From the IMG/VR virus record IMGVR_UViG_3300038314_001614, positions 1 through 38,570 of that record: DNA of 38,570 bases; one strand, 5' to 3'. The notes beneath the pieces are model-generated. The model searched no databases and was not told the origin of the DNA. It worked only from the letters and a program-made list of their open reading frames with translations. The position numbers were made by a program, and so were the translations under genes. The stretch is from a virus (taxonomy: Duplodnaviria; Caudoviricetes). Positions 32,907 to 38,570 of the stretch are shown piece by piece. Position 1 is the stretch's first letter; each line of letters starts with the position of its first letter.

Positions 32907-34457
32907 ATGGAAACAGAAACCGTAAAAGAATTTGCCGACCTGTTCCGGGGCCTTGAAAAAGCCCACGGTGCCGTTGACCTGACAAAAAAGGATGCCAATG
33001 GCAAGCAGGGCGGTGACTACAAATTTGTCCACCAATCACGGACCCTGACAACCTATCAGGATCACCTCGAAGGCAAATCGAGCATTGGAATCGTTCCAAT
33101 CAACGAGAAAAATCTCTGCGTCTTCGGAGCTATCGACATTGACACCTACCCCCTCGACCACGTTGAAATTATCAAACGAATTGAAAAACTTGAACTGCCG
33201 CTCGTGGTCTGCCGCAGCAAATCCGGCGGAGCCCACCTGTACCTTTTTCTGAAAGACTGGGTGGAGGCTGAAAAAGTACAAAACAAGCTTAAAGAAGTGC
33301 GCTCAGAATTAGGGCTTGCTGACAACACCGAAATCTTCCCCAAGCAAATTGCATTGGTTCTGGAGCGCGGCGATAACGGAAACTTTTTAAACCTGCCTTA
33401 CTTTAACCACGAAAACGGCCTGCGCTATGCCTTCAAAAGCGACGGGTCCTCCCTCGATCTCGAAGAGTTTCTGAAAAAGGCCCAAGCTTCTGCCATCACC
33501 GAAGAAGAACTCGGCAGCCTCGTTCCCAAAAACCTCCCGGACGTTGATGAAAAACTGCGTGATGGGCCACCGTGCCTGCAGGCCCTGATGCGGCAGGGCT
33601 TTCCGCAAGGAACACGGAACAATGGCCTCTTTAATGTAGGTGTGTATTTAAGAAAAGCTTTCCCCGACGAGTGGGAAACAAAGATCCTGGAGTATAACCA
33701 GACTGTCATGGACCCGCCGCTCGACCTCAAAGAAGTCAACATTGTGGCGGACCAGCTTAAAAAGAAAGACTACCAGTATAAATGCGCTGACCAGCCTATC
33801 TGCAATTTCTGCAACAAGGACATTTGCCGGAGCCGTAAGCATGGCGTCGGCGGCGGGGCCAACACCCCTTCAATCGCTAACTTGCGTAAGTATGACAGTG
33901 AACCACCGCTATGGTTCTTGGACGTGAACGGAAAGCCGGTCGAACTTGACACGGAAGCCCTTCAGCGCCAGCCGAAGTTTCAGATCCTGTGCATGGAACA
34001 AATCAACTTCATGCCACGCACCATTACCCGTCAGGCTTGGGAAGCCCTGATGAACACCCTGCTCGTCCAAATGACCCAGACGGAAGGGGCTATTATAACC
34101 TCATCAGAAGACGCTTCAATCAAGGGCCAGTTCTTCCATTTTGTTGAAGAATTCTGTACCCACATGCAGTCCGCGATGGACAAAGAAGAGATCCTGCTCC
34201 GCCGCCCATGGACCGATGAAGAAGAGGGACGGACCTATTTCCGCCTCATTGATTTGGAAACCTTCCTGCGCCAACAGAAATTCTTTGAGTACAAAAGCAA
34301 CAAGATTGCCCAGAGGCTTAAAGATATGGGCGGCCAAAGCGACCAGATGTGGTTAAGCAAGAAAAAGCGGCCCATCCGGGTTTGGTCCATTCCGGCCTTT
34401 CTCAAAATCGAACCTGATTTTTCGTCAAGATTTGACGCTGACGAAGTTCCTTTTTAA
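32907..34457 (+). CDS. AEP-superfamily primase with Cys-rich PriL/PriCT-like domain (516 aa)
   Basis: AIDID (DxD), RSKSGGAHLYL (SxH-type motif), NFLNLPY; then PPC...RNNGLF...C-x5-C-x2-C-x4-C. Confidence 0.75.
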   Translation: METETVKEFADLFRGLEKAHGAVDLTKKDANGKQGGDYKFVHQSRTLTTYQDHLEGKSSIGIVPINEKNLCVFGAIDIDTYPLDHVEIIKRIEKLELPLVVCRSKSGGAHLYLFLKDWVEAEKVQNKLKEVRSELGLADNTEIFPKQIALVLERGDNGNFLNLPYFNHENGLRYAFKSDGSSLDLEEFLKKAQASAITEEELGSLVPKNLPDVDEKLRDGPPCLQALMRQGFPQGTRNNGLFNVGVYLRKAFPDEWETKILEYNQTVMDPPLDLKEVNIVADQLKKKDYQYKCADQPICNFCNKDICRSRKHGVGGGANTPSIANLRKYDSEPPLWFLDVNGKPVELDTEALQRQPKFQILCMEQINFMPRTITRQAWEALMNTLLVQMTQTEGAIITSSEDASIKGQFFHFVEEFCTHMQSAMDKEEILLRRPWTDEEEGRTYFRLIDLETFLRQQKFFEYKSNKIAQRLKDMGGQSDQMWLSKKKRPIRVWSIPAFLKIEPDFSSRFDADEVPF

Positions 34458-34470
34458 TAGGAGACCTTAA

Positions 34471-35994
34471 TTGAAACCTGTATTTACCTATTTCGGACCC
34501 CCGGGCACCGGCAAAACAACAACACTGTTAGACCGTGTTGAAGAGCTGCTGGATGAAGGTGTGTCCCCCAAAAAAATAGGGTACTTTGCCTTTACTCGGA
34601 AAGCGGCCTACGAAGCCCGGGACCGGGCCTCCCAAAAATTTTCCCGCTCTTCCGATGACTTTCCCTTTTTCCAGACCCTCCACAGTCTGGCCTTTCGCTG
34701 TCTGGGATTAAGCGGATCTGACGTTATAAAGGAATCAGACCTTAGAGAATTTGCCAAGAAAGAGCCTATTGGCGACCTCAATTTCATGGAGCGTACCCAA
34801 GACGAAAACTTTACAATGCTCCGGTGCAACGAGCCTGTCATGCGCTGCATCGACCTCGCACGTTCCTCGCTTGAAGGTCCTGAAAAAGCCTACAATAACC
34901 CCAACATCCGGCTGAACATCCGGCTGTACCACTTTCTTCACATTTACAGCGAGTACGAGAAATTTAAAAGACTCCACGGACTACTCGACTTCACCGACAT
35001 GATCATCAATCTTGTCAAAGAGCCTTCGCTTATTCCTTCTTTTCACACAAGCTTTATCGACGAGGCCCAGGACCTCACGCCTCTGCAACACGAGCTTCTG
35101 ATGAAAATCAGTGAAAGCAGCGATCAATGTTTCGCTGCAGGTGACGACGACCAAGGAATTTACCAGTGGGCCGGGGCTTCAATCAGCCGTTTTCTCGGTC
35201 TCAAGGGCGGCTCTCAAGTGCTCGACCAGTCCTACCGAATTCCCCGCGCCGTCCACGATATCGCAGACCGCGTGGCCCGTCGCATCCGCCGCCGTCACCC
35301 GAAACGATGGAAGCCCCGCTCTGAAAATGGCTCGATTACGCATGTGTCAACGCCGGACAGCCTCGATTTCAATAATGGTGAAGACTGGCTATGCCTTTCG
35401 CAGGCTCGATTTATGATGGACCCTCTTGCCGATTTTCTCAAAAAAAGCGGTCACTACTTTACCCGGGGAGGCAACCCCTCACTGGAAAAGAAAGTCCTTG
35501 GAGCCATTAAAAGCTGGGCCCACCTCAACAAAGGCGAAGGTCTTTCGCACAAAGACGCGCTACAACTCTACGACCATATAGGTGTCGGCCCCAATCTCCA
35601 GCATGGGTTTAAATCCCAGCTCAAAGCCGCCGACGAAAGTGATATTTTTACGCTGGACATCCTTCGCCAGCATTTTGGCCTGACCGGGGAAGGAGATTGG
35701 CAAACCGTTCTCGACCGCATTAAAGATGAGCCGCGAGCCTATGCCACCGCGCTTCAAAAACGCGGCGTCAACATTTTTGAAGAACCCAAGATTAAAATTT
35801 CCACAATCCATGGAGCCAAAGGCGGCGAAGCCCAAAACGTCCTCCTCGACCTCAGTCTGACCGGAAATGCCCTTGCGACTTTTCAGAAAGATCCCGACAG
35901 CGGTAACCGCCTTCTTTACGTCGGAATTACCCGGGCCAAGCAAAACCTGTACCTTCAACATCCCGAAAACCGCCAGCGCGGCTGGATCATTTAA
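34471..35994 (+). CDS. UvrD/Rep-like SF1 helicase
   Basis: AGGAG + TTG start; GPPGTGKT, TLHSL, IDEAQD, GDDDQGIY, QSYR, TIHGAKGGE, YVGITRAK. Confidence 0.9.
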   Translation: MKPVFTYFGPPGTGKTTTLLDRVEELLDEGVSPKKIGYFAFTRKAAYEARDRASQKFSRSSDDFPFFQTLHSLAFRCLGLSGSDVIKESDLREFAKKEPIGDLNFMERTQDENFTMLRCNEPVMRCIDLARSSLEGPEKAYNNPNIRLNIRLYHFLHIYSEYEKFKRLHGLLDFTDMIINLVKEPSLIPSFHTSFIDEAQDLTPLQHELLMKISESSDQCFAAGDDDQGIYQWAGASISRFLGLKGGSQVLDQSYRIPRAVHDIADRVARRIRRRHPKRWKPRSENGSITHVSTPDSLDFNNGEDWLCLSQARFMMDPLADFLKKSGHYFTRGGNPSLEKKVLGAIKSWAHLNKGEGLSHKDALQLYDHIGVGPNLQHGFKSQLKAADESDIFTLDILRQHFGLTGEGDWQTVLDRIKDEPRAYATALQKRGVNIFEEPKIKISTIHGAKGGEAQNVLLDLSLTGNALATFQKDPDSGNRLLYVGITRAKQNLYLQHPENRQRGWII

Positions 35995-36004
35995 GGAGAA
36001 AACA

Positions 36005-36478
36005 ATGCCATCAGATATTCTACAAGAAGCCCTCGATCTCGTCACCAAAGACCGCGACAGCAGCTACGGGCCCATGAATGAAAACCACCAGAATATCGCG
36101 GACCTGTGGGCGGCCTACCTCAAGCGCCTAAAAGGGGATCTCTCGGCAGCGGATGCCGCAAACATGATGGAGCTTCTAAAAATTGCCAGACGCAAAACCG
36201 GAGAGCTAAACCGGGACGATTTTGTGGATGGTGCCGGTTATGCCGCCGTGGCCTATGCCTGTGCCGTGGCCGAGACCGAAAAAGGAAAACAGTTGGAGCT
36301 TGACTATAGCCCTGACCATGAGCAGATTAAATGGGATGTGTTTTGGGCACAGCGGAAGGAAAACCAGCGTCTTATCAGCGGCCTTCGCCACATGCGGAGC
36401 GTCGCCTTGGCTTCCGAAGGGATGGCTTTTTACGTCATGCTTGTTGACCAGATTCTGGAAGGCAAAGACTGGAGTTAG
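36005..36478 (+). CDS. DUF6378-like protein with C-terminal extension (157 aa)
   Basis: AAGGAG RBS before ATG 36005; ILQEA..LV..DR...YG....H..IA.LW..YL...MM.LLKIAR...D.FVD.AGYAA pattern. Confidence 0.7.
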   Translation: MPSDILQEALDLVTKDRDSSYGPMNENHQNIADLWAAYLKRLKGDLSAADAANMMELLKIARRKTGELNRDDFVDGAGYAAVAYACAVAETEKGKQLELDYSPDHEQIKWDVFWAQRKENQRLISGLRHMRSVALASEGMAFYVMLVDQILEGKDWS

Positions 36479-36480
36479 TT

Positions 36481-38397
36481 TTGAAAAAAAATCTTAAAAA
36501 ACCAACCTGGGGTATAAAAACAGAATGGGTGCCCGTGGCCGAGCTTCCGGTCACACCCGAGGGCATCAAGGAAATTGCAATAGATTTGGAGACCAAAGAC
36601 CCGAGGCTCACGACCCACGGGCCCGGCTGGCCGACTGAAAACGGCGATGTTGTCGGTATCGCTGTCGCCTACGAAGGCTTTAATGCCTACCTCCCCTTCG
36701 GCCACGAGGGCGGCGGCAACCTCGACCGGCGTATTGTACTCAAGTGGTTCCAGAAAGAAATTGCCGACCATCCGTCCGACAAAATCTTTTATAATGCCGC
36801 TTACGATGTCGGCTGGTTGCGCCGGATTGATATTAAACTCCAAGGCCGCTTGCGGGATGCGATCCTTGCCGCCCCGCTGCTTGACGAAAACCGCCATCGT
36901 GGCTACTCGCTGAATTCCGTGGCCTACGACTACCTTGGAGAGTTAAAATCCGAGGCCACTTTGCGGGAAGCCGCCGCTGAATTTGGCGTCAATCCCAAGT
37001 CCGAGCTGTACAAACTTCCGGCCCCGTTTGTCGGGGAGTACGCCGAGGCCGACGCCAAACTGACGCTCGATCTCTGGCAGCGATTCAAGGCCGAACTCAC
37101 CAGTGAGGACTTGTGGTCCATCTTTGAATTGGAAAGTGAAGTGCTCCCCCTTTGCATCGAGATGACTTGGCGCGGCATCCGCGTTGACCTTGAAGAAGCC
37201 GAGCGCCTGAAACAGAAACTGCTCAAGCAGTCTCAGGCCCTGCTAAAGGAAATTAAAGATGAGAGCAGTCTCCAGATCGAACTCTGGGCGGCAGCGTCCA
37301 TTGCAAAGCTTTTTGACAAGCTCAAAATACGTTATCCGCGCACCAAGACCGGCCTTCCGAGCTTCACCAAGAATTTCCTCCAGAACCACGGACACCCCCT
37401 CGCCCAGAAAATTGCCTCGGCCCGCGAAATAGACAAAATAGGGAATACGTTCCTCTCCAGCATTTTCCGCTACGCGCACAAGGGTCGCATCCACGGCCAT
37501 ATCAACCAGCTACGCGGCGAGACCGGGGGAACGGTCTCAGGCCGAATCAGCATGTCCAATCCGAATTTACAACAGCAGCCTGCCCGCAACCCTGAAATGG
37601 CAAAGGCCATAAGGGGGCTGTTTTTGCCGGAGGAAGGCGAGCAGTGGGCGTCCCTCGATTTTGACCAGCAGGAGCCCCGCATCCTTGTCCACTTTGCCAG
37701 CCTCACGCACAAAGGTCTCAGCGGATCCGAAGAATTCGTGGAAGCTTACCAATCCAACCCCAAGACCGATTTCCACCAGATGGTCGCTGACGTGGCCGGG
37801 ATCCCGCGCTCCACGGCAAAGACCCTTAATCTTGGACTTATTTATGGAATGGGCCAAACGCGCCTCGCTGAAATGCTTGATGTCTCGCTCGAAGAGGCTA
37901 AGGCTTTTCTCGCCCGGTATCACGCTGACGTTCCTTTTGTCAAGCAACTCATGCGGGCCGTCGAAGTAAAAGTAGCGGACCCGCAGTCCAACGGTTCCGT
38001 CCGCTCCCTGCTGGGCCGCAAGTGCCGGTTCCCCCTCTGGGAGCCCAAACTGTTTGTCGTCTCAAAAGCCCTCCCCCGGGAAGAGGCGCTCTCTGAATAC
38101 GGACGAAACATTAAACGCGCCTATCTATATCGCTCCCTCAACCGCCTGATCCAAGCTTCCGCCTCTGACATGACGAAATCCGCCATGGTTGCCGTATACA
38201 AGGAAACCGGTGCCGTGCCCCTTGTCCAGATCCACGATGAGCTGGCCTTCTCAATCAAGGCTAAGGAGGAGCTGGTAGGCCTCCGGAAAGCCATGGAAAA
38301 TGCCGTGGAGCTGAAGGTCCCTACACCATGCGACACGGCCCACGGGCCCAATTGGGGGTCTATAAAAAAACTTGAAATTCCAAGAGATATTGCGTAA
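36481..38397 (+). CDS. polA: Family A DNA polymerase with 3'-5' exonuclease, no 5'-3' exonuclease
   Basis: GGAG + TTG start; ExoI IDLET, ExoII YNAAYD, ExoIII YAEAD; GRISMSNPNLQQ; motif A DFDQQEPR, motif B RSTAKTLNLGLIYG, motif C IHDE. Confidence 0.95.
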   Translation: MKKNLKKPTWGIKTEWVPVAELPVTPEGIKEIAIDLETKDPRLTTHGPGWPTENGDVVGIAVAYEGFNAYLPFGHEGGGNLDRRIVLKWFQKEIADHPSDKIFYNAAYDVGWLRRIDIKLQGRLRDAILAAPLLDENRHRGYSLNSVAYDYLGELKSEATLREAAAEFGVNPKSELYKLPAPFVGEYAEADAKLTLDLWQRFKAELTSEDLWSIFELESEVLPLCIEMTWRGIRVDLEEAERLKQKLLKQSQALLKEIKDESSLQIELWAAASIAKLFDKLKIRYPRTKTGLPSFTKNFLQNHGHPLAQKIASAREIDKIGNTFLSSIFRYAHKGRIHGHINQLRGETGGTVSGRISMSNPNLQQQPARNPEMAKAIRGLFLPEEGEQWASLDFDQQEPRILVHFASLTHKGLSGSEEFVEAYQSNPKTDFHQMVADVAGIPRSTAKTLNLGLIYGMGQTRLAEMLDVSLEEAKAFLARYHADVPFVKQLMRAVEVKVADPQSNGSVRSLLGRKCRFPLWEPKLFVVSKALPREEALSEYGRNIKRAYLYRSLNRLIQASASDMTKSAMVAVYKETGAVPLVQIHDELAFSIKAKEELVGLRKAMENAVELKVPTPCDTAHGPNWGSIKKLEIPRDIA

Positions 38398-38400
38398 AAT
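38372..38400 (+). promoter_or_regulatory. Sigma70-like promoter overlapping the polymerase 3' end
   Basis: TTGAAA-17 nt-TAAAAT, 22 nt upstream of the next ATG. Confidence 0.7.
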
Positions 38401-38422
38401 CCCAGAAAAATAGGACGGTAAA

Positions 38423-38570
38423 ATGAACCCTAAAAAATGGAAATCTGTGGTTATTCCGGTTGACGTATACCACGCTTTAAAAAGGCTGGCGCAGCAGGAG
38501 CGGCGTACAATCAGCGGCCAGTTCACCTTTCTCCTTGAACAAGTGATGGAAGACAGGCAGAAAGAAACAG
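38423..38570 (+). CDS. Ribbon-helix-helix (Arc/CopG-like) DNA-binding protein, truncated by the window end; absent from ORF track
   Basis: Own translation MNPKKWKSVVIPVDVYHALKRLAQQERRTISGQFTFLLEQVMEDRQKET...; strand-helix-turn-helix pattern; AGGA RBS. Confidence 0.7.
   Translation, partial: MNPKKWKSVVIPVDVYHALKRLAQQERRTISGQFTFLLEQVMEDRQKET

Noticed and set aside
36481-38397. Intein or intron in the polymerase or helicases
   Set aside because: Motif spacing and lengths are compact; no splice-junction or homing-endonuclease motifs.
38251-38526. 91-aa minus-strand ORF at the window end
   Set aside because: Antisense to the polymerase end and to the RHH gene, which has a clear promoter and RBS.
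1-38570. Alternative genetic code or stop-codon readthrough; integrase/prophage boundary
   Set aside because: Genes tile densely under code 11 using all three stops; no integrase, att-like junction or host genes in the window.

Overview
The window is about 38.6 kb of a tailed dsDNA bacteriophage genome with podovirus-like organisation; terminase and portal lie outside it. On the + strand it runs: envelope/lysis cassette (two membrane-anchored coiled-coil proteins, a 2-TM holin-like protein with an EF-hand loop, a 30-aa TM peptide, an overlapping i-/o-spanin pair), GroES-like co-chaperonin, scaffold, head proteins and a Mu-gpT-like major capsid protein. A pseudoknotted RNA element follows the capsid gene. 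Next come adaptor/tail genes with an embedded CstII/Maf-fold glycosyltransferase-like gene, a tail fibre with 17-aa repeats and an S74 chaperone, a nozzle-like protein, six internal/ejection proteins and an M15A peptidase. The replication module has a minus-strand SNF2 helicase, then an SSB-like protein, AEP primase, UvrD-like helicase, DUF6378-like protein, Leu762-type family A DNA polymerase and a truncated RHH regulator. From recall, not a search, the gene order resembles marine HTVC023P/vSAG 37-F6-type phages; the spanins imply a Gram-negative host. Best leads: (1) a shared [AS]-[DNH]-G-G-hydrophobic tag on four internal proteins, plus a lambda-gpH-C-terminus-like domain and an antimicrobial-peptide-like helix, suggesting a cargo sorting/processing and membrane-entry system; (2) a sialyltransferase-fold enzyme among Ser/Thr-rich virion proteins, suggesting virion glycosylation; (3) an EF-hand holin; (4) an RBS-sequestering triple-helix pseudoknot; (5) an SSB-tail mimic on the primase. 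All family calls come from motif recognition by eye; no database searches were run.
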